Positions 1 through 7,304 are shown, counted from the stretch's first letter. The stretch is 40,793 nt of DNA from a virus (IMGVR_UViG_3300048837_000378:1-40793), one strand, 5' to 3'. The notes: generated from the letters alone by a model not told the origin. Made by a program: numbers and translations.

Positions 1-92
1 TGGTGGCAGTCAGTGTATTCGTTTTGAATCTTATAGTCTCTAGAATCTGTTCTACACAATTGTATAATTAAAGACACTAAGATTTCTTCCAT
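1..92 (-). CDS. Hypothetical protein, 5' part only (runs off the window edge)
   Basis: ATG at 92 overlaps the TAA of the 92-253 ORF; open frame MEEILVSLIIQLCRTDSRDY... to the edge; not in the ORF track. Confidence 0.5.
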   Translation of the reverse strand, partial: MEEILVSLIIQLCRTDSRDYKIQNEYTDCH

Positions 93-253
93 TACTCGTC
101 CTTTTTTAAGACTTTGTCTTTATATTCGTTTATACGTTTGATTTCTTCTTTAATTTCAGCCATATCACCTTTGTCGGCTAAAAACTCAATCCATTTTAAA
201 CTAGTTTCAGTGTAGCCGATAACTTCAAACGCTGCTACTGCTTTGTCGCTCAT
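92..253 (-). CDS. Hypothetical protein, 53 aa
   Basis: MSDKAVAAFEVIGY...KVLKKDE; GGAGG RBS upstream; translated manually. Confidence 0.65.
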   Translation of the reverse strand: MSDKAVAAFEVIGYTETSLKWIEFLADKGDMAEIKEEIKRINEYKDKVLKKDE

Positions 254-321
254 GTGTTCCTCCAAACATAGATTATAAGGGATATGCCTACTGCTACTTG
301 AAAAAAATCATATCCGCTCAT
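250..321 (-). CDS. Putative 23-aa membrane peptide
   Basis: MSGYDFFQVAVGISLIIYVWRNT; ATGA overlaps with both neighbours; hydrophobic core. Confidence 0.4.
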   Translation of the reverse strand: MSGYDFFQVAVGISLIIYVWRNT

Positions 322-614
322 TTGTTTTTTCTCTTAATAATAGGAGTTGCAATCTCAAGGCCAGCTTCAAAGTCTATTAAATTCGTTTCTACGTCTTCGC
401 TGTCAACTAATTTTTCTTCATCTGTCAATTCGTTAGACAATTCATTTTCAAACAAAAATAAATCTACTCCGTTAATATCTTGAACCCAATACAAAATCCT
501 ACCCCCTAATAAATTGTACTTAGGGTTATTATTCTCTTCTATTGGCATTGGGGCTTGTACAGTTACAAAGCCATAGGTTTTTGTGTCTATAATATCACCT
601 TGACGGTAAATCAT
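318..614 (-). CDS. Hypothetical protein with KOW/SH3-like start and acidic tail
   Basis: YRQGDIIDT motif; ATGA coupling to the upstream ORF. Confidence 0.7.
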   Translation of the reverse strand: MIYRQGDIIDTKTYGFVTVQAPMPIEENNNPKYNLLGGRILYWVQDINGVDLFLFENELSNELTDEEKLVDSEDVETNLIDFEAGLEIATPIIKRKNK

Positions 615-790
615 TGGATGCTCGCAGTCATAAGGTGTTTATTATTTTGATACTCGTACATTTCATGTACAATAGCTAAAATCTCCATAAGGTCGTGATG
701 TTGTGCCACTTCGACCTCTTCTTTACCTTCTTTAGCGGTTAAAATATACTTTTTAAGATTTTTACTCTGTTTAATCTCGTCGGTAGTCAC
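611..790 (-). CDS. Hypothetical protein, 59 aa (GTG start)
   Basis: AAAGGAG RBS before GTG; MTTDEIKQSK...MTASIQ fills the gap between neighbours exactly. Confidence 0.6.
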   Translation of the reverse strand: MTTDEIKQSKNLKKYILTAKEGKEEVEVAQHHDLMEILAIVHEMYEYQNNKHLMTASIQ

Positions 791-792
791 AG

Positions 793-1176
793 CTATTCTC
801 CTTTTTCTTCGTTTTGAAATAAAACTTTGCCTTTATCACTATAAGGCATTACATCTTTATGTTGAAATTCAATCTTAGGCCAACCTAAACCTTGTGCTAC
901 AATTTTGTTCCAGAATGGTTTGCCTTTCTTATCAAAATCAAAAGTCATATATCTAACAATAAAAGCTTGGCATTTTTTGTCCATAATGGCGTCGCCTTTG
1001 TTGTGCGGCCTAGTTTTTGCAAACTCAAGGTAATCCTCTAGCAAAGGTTTTGCTTCGTTCATGTCCTCAAGAAACTCAGTCACGAGTTTTGTTAAAACTG
1101 TGCCAGCCTTATCTTGTAATTTGTACTTTTTTAATATTCTTTCAAATTTCTGGAAATTGTCTTTATTAAATTTCAT
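793..1176 (-). CDS. Hypothetical protein with terminal VLF-type motif
   Basis: Start moved to MKFNKD (GAGGT RBS); ends SDKGKVLFQNEEKGE. Confidence 0.75.
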   Translation of the reverse strand: MKFNKDNFQKFERILKKYKLQDKAGTVLTKLVTEFLEDMNEAKPLLEDYLEFAKTRPHNKGDAIMDKKCQAFIVRYMTFDFDKKGKPFWNKIVAQGLGWPKIEFQHKDVMPYSDKGKVLFQNEEKGE

Positions 1177-1205
1177 ATATACCTCTACTGCAAACGGCTT
1201 GCCAA

Positions 1206-1718
1206 CTAATCCATGTGCTGTATGCAACTAGGTTCGTTTTCAGCCGCAGTTTCTAACTTTGATGCGACAAACATTTGACTATTGTCTAACAGTTCGTCGT
1301 AATAATAATCTTTATTATTAGCGTAAAACAGAGAGCTACCGAAAGCATAAGGATACATGATGCTTTTAGGCTGCCCATTGTCCAAGCGTTCTGACCTATG
1401 CCCTAAATTTAGAGTGCAATGGCCTAGCTCGTGGAATATTGTTTGCTCCATAAAATTAGGAGTGTCAATATACTGTTCATAGTAGTCAATATTCACCACG
1501 ACCTCACGCTTACCGCTAGACCACATCTTACAAACTGCTACAGTGTTTGCGTCTAATTGTCCAAGCTGTACTGTATAATTAATAGACACGCCGTAAACAC
1601 GTTCAAACAAGCTTATATGCTCTGCTAATTCTGCTGCGCGAAAAGGTAGCTCTACAGTTTTGTAGCCGCTATCGGCACAACCTACGCAAAATAAGGCTAA
1701 AATTAATAGATACCTCAT
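1206..1718 (-). CDS. Lipoprotein zinc metallopeptidase (metzincin/matrixin-like)
   Basis: Signal/lipobox MRYLLILALFCVGC; HELGHCTLNLGH zinc motif; SIMYP Met-turn. Confidence 0.75.
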   Translation of the reverse strand: MRYLLILALFCVGCADSGYKTVELPFRAAELAEHISLFERVYGVSINYTVQLGQLDANTVAVCKMWSSGKREVVVNIDYYEQYIDTPNFMEQTIFHELGHCTLNLGHRSERLDNGQPKSIMYPYAFGSSLFYANNKDYYYDELLDNSQMFVASKLETAAENEPSCIQHMD

Positions 1719-1960
1719 TGTGCCCACTCCCAACCTTGGCATGGCGCTAATTCGTTTAAGTTTTTAGTTTTAGAAACAATATAAGGTTTAATTTCTGGCA
1801 TATATACGTCGCCAATTTCTGTCTCATAGCCCATTACAACGCATTGGATTGTGTCGTCGTCAAACTTTTCGTCAGTGACGTAGTATTCCCAACCATTTCT
1901 CAAAATGATATGCTCAACTACGTTGATTGTGCTGCCGTATTTATTTTTCATTTGTCTCAT
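1715..1960 (-). CDS. Hypothetical protein, possibly DUF2958-like
   Basis: YVTDE...CVVMGYETEIGDVYMPEI resembles the DUF2958 pattern by eye only; AAGGCGG RBS before MRQMK. Confidence 0.6.
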   Translation of the reverse strand: MRQMKNKYGSTINVVEHIILRNGWEYYVTDEKFDDDTIQCVVMGYETEIGDVYMPEIKPYIVSKTKNLNELAPCQGWEWAQ

Positions 1961-2213
1961 TTGATACCGCCTTGTTAATACTAGTACCATACAAAACCTG
2001 TGCCGCTGGGCAATTTTTTTCTAACTTAATGAAATTATAGTGTAAACTGGCGTGAGCTTTAATTTCAGGCCATTTAAAACTGTGTAAATTATTTACCTTT
2101 GCTATAGATACACAAAAAGTATCGTAATCAAATTCAATAATTTCATATACTTGCTTAGACTGTCTATCTATTACATAGTCGCCTAATTCATAAACACCCA
2201 TAGAATTACCCAT
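1941..2213 (-). CDS. KOW/SH3-like small protein with VLYG motif
   Basis: YELGDYVID; CPAAQVLYG; start embedded in the upstream gene's TAT-GGG codons. Confidence 0.75.
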   Translation of the reverse strand: MGNSMGVYELGDYVIDRQSKQVYEIIEFDYDTFCVSIAKVNNLHSFKWPEIKAHASLHYNFIKLEKNCPAAQVLYGTSINKAVSNETNEK

Positions 2214-2556
2214 AGAGTACCTCAAAAGCTTTTAAATCATCTGCAATTTTTGTCCATCTAATATTTGTTACGGTCCAAGGTGGCATATCTCTTGTAAACT
2301 TTTTAGCCAACATCCAATCTATTTTAAATAGACCTCTGTTTTCGTCCCATTGAAAAACTTGCATTGAATCGCATATCTTAGGACCTCCGCCTATAATTAA
2401 ATGCTCCAACACTTCACCCATTGATTGTGTCAATGTTTTATGATTGTGGTCTATATTCGCCTGCTTAAGTACTAAAGTCCAAGGCGAAGTGTTAACACAA
2501 CAAGCTAACACCGGATAATTTTTATTAGTATGAAACAACACGAAATCAATCGCCAT
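2206..2556 (-). CDS. Hypothetical protein ending in EVLYG
   Basis: Start MAIDF embedded in the upstream CAT-GGC; ends KAFEVLYG-stop. Confidence 0.75.
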   Translation of the reverse strand: MAIDFVLFHTNKNYPVLACCVNTSPWTLVLKQANIDHNHKTLTQSMGEVLEHLIIGGGPKICDSMQVFQWDENRGLFKIDWMLAKKFTRDMPPWTVTNIRWTKIADDLKAFEVLYG

Positions 2557-2809
2557 GCAATACTCGTGCCGTAGGCGATTCGTCAAGTATAAATGGGCAC
2601 TCTTCATCTGCGTGAGGTTGATGTCTATTTTCCCATTCTGAAATTAATTCTTTATTAAGTTCGTCGTCTGTCAATTTATAAAACGTGTTAACTAGCTGTT
2701 CTTCTATATACAAAACCATAGTTTCTGTATCCCAATCTGATACAGCAATATTTTCCATAATAATTTCAATAGCTTGTTCTCTATTTACTATTTGTTTTTT
2801 AGTTTTCAT
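2546..2809 (-). CDS. Hypothetical protein ending in VLHGD
   Basis: ORF track; AAAGGG RBS; ends ESPTARVLHGD. Confidence 0.75.
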   Translation of the reverse strand: MKTKKQIVNREQAIEIIMENIAVSDWDTETMVLYIEEQLVNTFYKLTDDELNKELISEWENRHQPHADEECPFILDESPTARVLHGD

Positions 2810-2810
2810 A

Positions 2811-3113
2811 TTACCCTTTCAAAACTTGAAAAGCTGGACTATTTTTAAGCATCTCAATCACTAGACTAAACTCTTCTGCAACTGCGATGCCAACAGTGTT
2901 ATCAGGTTGTACTTGAACATATTTATCTATTGAAGCAAATGCCAATTTTTTATACACATCATAAGACATAATTATAATAGTTTTAGGTTTTATTGTGTTG
3001 GTAGAGTAGTCTTGTTCTAAGATTTCAATAGGACCGATAATAGCCGAGCGCGGCACAACAAACCTATACTTATCTTTGTGAGTCAGAATGATACAATCAT
3101 TATAGTCCATCAT
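2811..3113 (-). CDS. Hypothetical protein ending in VLKG
   Basis: ORF track; ends NSPAFQVLKG. Confidence 0.75.
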   Translation of the reverse strand: MMDYNDCIILTHKDKYRFVVPRSAIIGPIEILEQDYSTNTIKPKTIIIMSYDVYKKLAFASIDKYVQVQPDNTVGIAVAEEFSLVIEMLKNSPAFQVLKG

Positions 3114-3342
3114 CCCCGACTCCCGTATTGTTTAAGTTTTCTACATTTGTCAATTTATCTAAATAAACCCGCATCATTAGAATTTCACTTTTTAAATTGA
3201 TAAAGTAGCCGAGGCCGTAAGAATCTAGCTCAGAATCAAAAGTTAACTCTTTTACCCAATTATCACAACTGTCTAATTGTTCTACGGATTTACAACTACG
3301 AATAACCTTCATGGCTGCTGTATATTTTGAATTATTGTCCAT
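3100..3342 (-). CDS. Hypothetical protein
   Basis: Start MDNNSK embedded in the upstream TAT-GGA; GGAG RBS. Confidence 0.7.
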   Translation of the reverse strand: MDNNSKYTAAMKVIRSCKSVEQLDSCDNWVKELTFDSELDSYGLGYFINLKSEILMMRVYLDKLTNVENLNNTGVGDDGL

Positions 3343-3595
3343 AAAGTAAATACTCCGTTCTATTACTAATATTGAAGTGTTTACATATATCATGCAGATT
3401 ATATGCCACAACCATATCAATTTGTTCTGGTAATCTTTTCAATAACTTAAGATGCAAGCCTGGGATTTTAAGATTACGTTTAGTGACTATAAAGAAGTCG
3501 CCTGTATATTTGTTAGACAGGTAATCCCCTTTTCTAAAATCGGTAATAAAAACGCCACCAGGCCACAAAGGATTATATTGTCTCTTTTTTGCCAT
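3332..3595 (-). CDS. KOW/SH3-like small protein ending in LLYGQ
   Basis: FRKGDYLSN; start MAKKRQ embedded in the upstream TAT-GGC. Confidence 0.75.
   Translation of the reverse strand: MAKKRQYNPLWPGGVFITDFRKGDYLSNKYTGDFFIVTKRNLKIPGLHLKLLKRLPEQIDMVVAYNLHDICKHFNISNRTEYLLYGQ
3393..3408 (-). promoter_or_regulatory. Possible internal sigma54 promoter
   Basis: TGGCATATAATCTGCA (GG-N10-GC), ~50 nt before the 3342 start; could be chance. Confidence 0.35.
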
Positions 3596-3998
3596 ATAAC
3601 ACCATAAGACTAGAAGGACCATTTTCTACTACAAAATCAATAAAAGGTTTACAACTGTTTAAAAACTTAGCAGCATTTGACGTGTTATTAGTTCTATAAA
3701 CTCTAGCATCGTGTATTGCTTTAGACTCTGCAAGACCTAGGCCAAAAGCTCGCCTAATCTCTTTAATCATAGGTATAGCTTGATTTTTATTGACCGTAAA
3801 TCTTATAACTATAGGCTGGTCAGTATCGTCGTCCGCAAACAGTAGCCTAAGTGTTTTGTATTCGTTTAATTTTGACTCAATTTGAATAACGTTTCTTCGT
3901 TCTTCTTTATTCTCGGGCCAGGCTGCGGCGTCTTGGATACTTTCGCCCATCTCCCATCGACCTGTAGTTCTCTTAACTAAGTATATGATTTTATTCAT
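3573..3998 (-). CDS. Protein with ribosomal L7/L12 C-terminal-like segment and VLYG motif
   Basis: AIPMIKEIRRAFGLGLAESKAIHD resembles the L12 CTD pattern (vIKavReitGLGLkEaK); GPSSLMVLYG near the end. Confidence 0.7.
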   Translation of the reverse strand: MNKIIYLVKRTTGRWEMGESIQDAAAWPENKEERRNVIQIESKLNEYKTLRLLFADDDTDQPIVIRFTVNKNQAIPMIKEIRRAFGLGLAESKAIHDARVYRTNNTSNAAKFLNSCKPFIDFVVENGPSSLMVLYGKKETI

Positions 3999-4044
3999 AA
4001 AAGCCTACCCTGCCTTTGTTTTAGGGGCTATCCAAAACAGCGCC

Positions 4045-4227
4045 CTATTGTTTACAGTCCTCGTATAAGTAAAATAATACAACCGGCCACCCTAATAAAC
4101 CCAGCAACCCCCTAATGATACTACCTATAGTAGCACTCCTGAAGCTCTTATGATTGATTATAGCCATAGTTAAGTAGACACCTAACCCGATACTAGCATA
4201 CATGATTAAAACTGTGTTGTGGTCCAT
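4045..4227 (-). CDS. Small membrane protein, two hydrophobic segments
   Basis: VLIMYASIGLGVYLTMAII and IIRGLLGLLGWPVVLFYL. Confidence 0.7.
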   Translation of the reverse strand: MDHNTVLIMYASIGLGVYLTMAIINHKSFRSATIGSIIRGLLGLLGWPVVLFYLYEDCKQ

Positions 4228-4437
4228 TTAGGAAGCTCTTTCTAGCCATAGGCTATTAATTAGGTGTCCTTCTTCTATCTCTTCAATAGTTACCATATAA
4301 TAGCCATTATTAAGGTTGTCTATACAGCAACTAGCAATAGTTAAGGTTTTACCCTTGTAGTTAGAAAAGTAACCATCGTAGTCAGGGTAGAACTTAACCT
4401 TAGAACCAATTTCCATAACTTGGCTTTTGCCTTTCAT
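4228..4437 (-). CDS. KOW/SH3-like small protein
   Basis: MEIGSKVKF; GGGGG RBS; first gene after the sigma54 site at 4503-4518. Confidence 0.7.
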   Translation of the reverse strand: MKGKSQVMEIGSKVKFYPDYDGYFSNYKGKTLTIASCCIDNLNNGYYMVTIEEIEEGHLINSLWLERAS

Positions 4438-4766
4438 AAAAGGGTACCCCCTATTGTTTTTGAGGTAGTTTCAAAAAGACTACCCCCTTTACTTTTTAGG
4501 TAAGCAGAATTTGTGCCATGTGTTATTTCAATAGGATAGCTGTATAATACCTGTGTAATAAGTGTACAAGTGTATGAGATATGGTGTACAATATACATAT
4601 AGGTCATATAGGTTATAATAGAGGTAATAAGTAGGGTAGTAGATATGGTAAGTAGTTGTAATTGTTTAGGAATAGTAAGTAATTGTAGTAGTAATATTAG
4701 TACAATCGGGGACCAGTTTTCATCTAACCTGCCGGTTTTACTGGTGAAAATAGCATTTTTCATCAT
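4434..4766 (-). CDS. Doubtful low-complexity L/T/I-rich ORF
   Basis: Has an AAGGGT RBS but spans a C-free tract and a sigma54 site. Confidence 0.3.
   Translation of the reverse strand: MMKNAIFTSKTGRLDENWSPIVLILLLQLLTIPKQLQLLTISTTLLITSIITYMTYMYIVHHISYTCTLITQVLYSYPIEITHGTNSAYLKSKGGSLFETTSKTIGGTLL
4503..4518 (-). promoter_or_regulatory. Sigma54 (RpoN) -24/-12 promoter for the leftward operon
   Basis: TGGCACAAATTCTGCT, GG-N10-GC; ~65 nt upstream of the 4437 start. Confidence 0.7.
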
Positions 4767-5017
4767 AAAATACCCTTAAATAGCATATAAAGCTCTATAA
4801 ACTGTAAAAATAGCCTTATTACTACAAACATTATATATAATTTAAGTACTACTAGAGCCTTTTTACCTATAGGTAGAGCTAAAAATTCTATATATAGGGC
4901 TTTCCCTTTCACACATAGCATATACTAGTCCTTTCTCAGTATGAGTCATCTCAAAATGAGACGTATCAGATTAAGACGTATCATTATGAGGCGTTCATTT
5001 TGGTACGAGTAGGCCGT

Positions 5018-5054
5018 TGGCACGGAAATTGCATATATAGCAAATAGCGTACCA
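5018..5054. promoter_or_regulatory. Face-to-face pair of sigma54 promoters
   Basis: + TGGCACGGAAATTGCA (5018-5033); - TGGTACGCTATTTGCT (5054-5039). Confidence 0.8.
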
Positions 5055-5249
5055 GTCCCAAATAGAGACGTATCAGATTGAAAATACCGCATTGAGACGT
5101 AGCTGCAAATACCGTGCTTGTATTGGAATGATACGTAATTCGAATTGTAAGTCTATAAGTATATGAAACTACTAGTGATTCTCAATTTGATATGTGAATA
5201 TTGAGTGGTGTCTAACTGACGTATATTGACTATAAGTTATACAAGCTTG

Positions 5250-5262
5250 TAACCTATTGATT
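5250..5262 (-). promoter_or_regulatory. Possible IHF site
   Basis: AATCAATAGGTTA matches WATCAANNNNTTR; lies between palindromic boxes and the 5365 sigma54 site. Confidence 0.35.
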
Positions 5263-5364
5263 CTATTAAGTAATATGTAATTGTTCTATATATGAGACTC
5301 CCCTTGTATATAAGTTCAACGTACCATCATAAGATTGACAGTCTAAGTACTTGAATTTACGTTG

Positions 5365-5380
5365 TGGCACCTAAACTGCA
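5365..5380 (+). promoter_or_regulatory. Sigma54 promoter for the 5410-6593 operon
   Basis: TGGCACCTAAACTGCA, GG-N10-GC; 30 nt before the ATG at 5410. Confidence 0.75.
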
Positions 5381-5409
5381 TTAGTTACTTGTATGAAAGC
5401 GAGGCATAT

Positions 5410-5640
5410 ATGAATCAGATACCTAGAGGCATATATAAGCACTACAAGAATACAGATACTCATACTATAACGTTTTATACTGAGACTAAGACCTATAGCT
5501 TATCTTGTGATTCACTCTTAGGTTTATTAAGTTTAGTTGATTCGTTCTTTAGCCCTAGACCTGATATGAGTCTAAGTGAATACACTTTAGCTCTAGAGTC
5601 AAGTTTAGACAACACTGTAAAACTTAATAAGGTGGCTTAA
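5410..5640 (+). CDS. Hypothetical protein
   Basis: Start moved to MNQIPRG (GAGG RBS). Confidence 0.7.
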   Translation: MNQIPRGIYKHYKNTDTHTITFYTETKTYSLSCDSLLGLLSLVDSFFSPRPDMSLSEYTLALESSLDNTVKLNKVA

Positions 5641-5641
5641 T

Positions 5642-5824
5642 ATGGTACAGATTAAAGAGTCTCAAGTTGAGGCGGTTATTACAGTGTGCCCGTATTGCAT
5701 GGACGAAGTGTCTCATAACAAGACAGGCTGTTGTGGGGAGAGTTCGTGTCACTTTGAGACGGCTGTGGTATATGATGGCATGGCATACCTTGAAAATGAG
5801 ATTGATATAATTGAAGGACAATAA
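5642..5824 (+). CDS. Small Cys-rich, probably Zn-binding protein
   Basis: CPYC...CCGESSCH; AAGGTGG RBS. Confidence 0.7.
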   Translation: MVQIKESQVEAVITVCPYCMDEVSHNKTGCCGESSCHFETAVVYDGMAYLENEIDIIEGQ

Positions 5825-5864
5825 ACTGTCTCATAACGAGACAATACACTATAACGGGGGTTAT

Positions 5865-6593
5865 ATGTTTAGGAACTACGCTAAAGATGAAATAGAGGCG
5901 CTTCAAATTGAGACAGGCGTCAAGTCTGTACTCACTCAGAATGCTAAAATGAAGCGTTCGTCTCAAAATGGGATTCACTTGTATAACTTCGGTATTCCAG
6001 CCTTTAGGTCTCAAACTGGTCTTGCCACTTGTCCCAATGCGAAACACTGCGTTAAAGGCTGTTATGCTAAAAGCGGCTCTTATCTGTACTCGGGCACCGT
6101 AGCAGCCTATGAGAATCGTCTCAGTTTGACACGAACCAAAGGTTTTGAACAAGTAATAACGTACCATATTGATAAACTCCTCAAAAAACACCCCACTGGT
6201 CTCATATTGATACGGGTGCATGATAGTGGGGACTTTTACAGTGAAACATATCATAGAGCATGGTATTTAATAGCGTCTCAGTATGAGACTAATCCTAGAG
6301 TCAAGTTTTATGCTTATACCAAAATGGTACAGCAGTCTTTAGGCTTATCGGCTTTAGCGCCTAAAAACTTTAGGTTAATTTTTAGTTATGGCGGAAGTGA
6401 AGATTCTCATATTGATACAGAGAAGCATTACCATAGCCGAGTGTTTGAAAGTCTAGAGGCATTGAGTCAAGCCGGATATATAGATGGTACTCACGACGAT
6501 ACTTGCGCTGCCATTGGTCCAGACGTGAAAATAGGTCTAGTATATCATGGTATGCGAAGCTTTAAAAACACAACATGGGATAAGGTCTCATAA
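5865..6593 (+). CDS. Gene product 88-like protein (Cys cluster, radical-SAM-like fold)
   Basis: TCPNAKHCVKGCYA and RVHDSGDFY, FYAYTK motifs typical of the phage gp88 family; start MFRNY with GGGGG RBS. Confidence 0.8.
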   Translation: MFRNYAKDEIEALQIETGVKSVLTQNAKMKRSSQNGIHLYNFGIPAFRSQTGLATCPNAKHCVKGCYAKSGSYLYSGTVAAYENRLSLTRTKGFEQVITYHIDKLLKKHPTGLILIRVHDSGDFYSETYHRAWYLIASQYETNPRVKFYAYTKMVQQSLGLSALAPKNFRLIFSYGGSEDSHIDTEKHYHSRVFESLEALSQAGYIDGTHDDTCAAIGPDVKIGLVYHGMRSFKNTTWDKVS

Positions 6594-6610
6594 TGATATA
6601 ACCCCCAAGC

Positions 6611-6644
6611 TGGCACGGTAGTTGCTTATGCAATTGCTGTGCCA
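6611..6644. promoter_or_regulatory. Second face-to-face pair of sigma54 promoters
   Basis: + TGGCACGGTAGTTGCT (6611-6626); - TGGCACAGCAATTGCA (6644-6629). Confidence 0.85.
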
Positions 6645-6839
6645 GTCTCTTTATTATACATAATTCGAAATATGGCTTATATTGAGACATTCGAGGACTG
6701 TCTAAGGTATGACTCTCGTATATAAGTTCGCCACCTGCTAAGTACTTATAACTATTAAGCTTATTAGAACTAAGGCTATATTGACTATAAGTTGTACGTC
6801 TTCTCTATTCGAGACTTGAGTAATTACAACTACTTAGGT

Positions 6840-6855
6840 TGGCACGAGGACTGCA
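6840..6855 (+). promoter_or_regulatory. Sigma54 promoter
   Basis: TGGCACGAGGACTGCA, GG-N10-GC. Confidence 0.75.
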
Positions 6856-6867
6856 ATACTAGTATAT

Positions 6868-6963
6868 ATGAAGACGTTAACTGTTACAACTAAGAAGATA
6901 AGTGATAAGCAAATAAAACAACTAGAGTGTTTAGGCTTTAAAGTTAAAGTGATTTTAAAATAA
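6868..6963 (+). CDS. Putative 31-aa basic peptide, near-leaderless
   Basis: MKTLTVTTKKISDKQIKQLECLGFKVKVILK; the ATG is ~2 nt after the predicted sigma54 start site. Confidence 0.45.
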   Translation: MKTLTVTTKKISDKQIKQLECLGFKVKVILK

Positions 6964-7004
6964 ACCGTCTCTATATGAGACATAACTATACCTAGGGGGT
7001 ATAT

Positions 7005-7256
7005 ATGAAGCATTCAGTAAAACAAACAGTATTCAACGCATTGAATACAGAACTAGAATCTGGTCGCATGACCTTGACTCAGTTACTCAATCCCAATTGG
7101 GGACAGTGTCAAGACTTTGGTCTATTCATTACTGGACTAGTGTCTTATATTGGCACTAATTATGGTACTGTCAGACCTGAAACTGTAAACGTATATATTA
7201 GAAGCTTTAAAGCTAAGGAACGACGCAAGTTGTCTCAAGCTAAAACAACTATCTAA
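7005..7256 (+). CDS. Hypothetical protein
   Basis: ORF track; AGGGGG RBS. Confidence 0.75.
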   Translation: MKHSVKQTVFNALNTELESGRMTLTQLLNPNWGQCQDFGLFITGLVSYIGTNYGTVRPETVNVYIRSFKAKERRKLSQAKTTI

Positions 7257-7281
7257 AAGTTAGACATTGTATCATACTGAG

Positions 7282-7304
7282 CCGTACCTCTAAGGGGGGT
7301 ACGG
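7282..7304 (+). terminator. Hairpin, probable terminator of the + operon
   Basis: CCGTACCTC-TAAGG-GGGGTACGG; U-tail is weak. Confidence 0.5.

Larger units (their letters stand above)
4933..7283. repeat. Dispersed and tandem array of 15-bp palindromes GTCTCA-N3-TGAGAC
   Basis: 21 copies with <=2 mismatches counted by hand (4933, 4948, 4963, 4978, 5055, 5472, 5659, 5710, 5746, 5828, 5900, 5960, 6118, 6199, 6275, 6404, 6585, 6674, 6967, 7232, 7269) plus weaker ones; 6275-6289 is perfect. Confidence 0.9.

Noticed and set aside
2556-2571. Perfect-looking sigma54 site CGGCACGAGTATTGCA on the - strand
   Set aside because: It is spelled by the tag codons A-R-V-L-H and its -12 overlaps the next ATG; the similar AQVLY codons at ~1990 give a near-match too, so it is probably a coding by-product.
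4933-5098. CRISPR-like array
   Set aside because: Units are 15 bp, abut without spacers and are degenerate; no cas genes.
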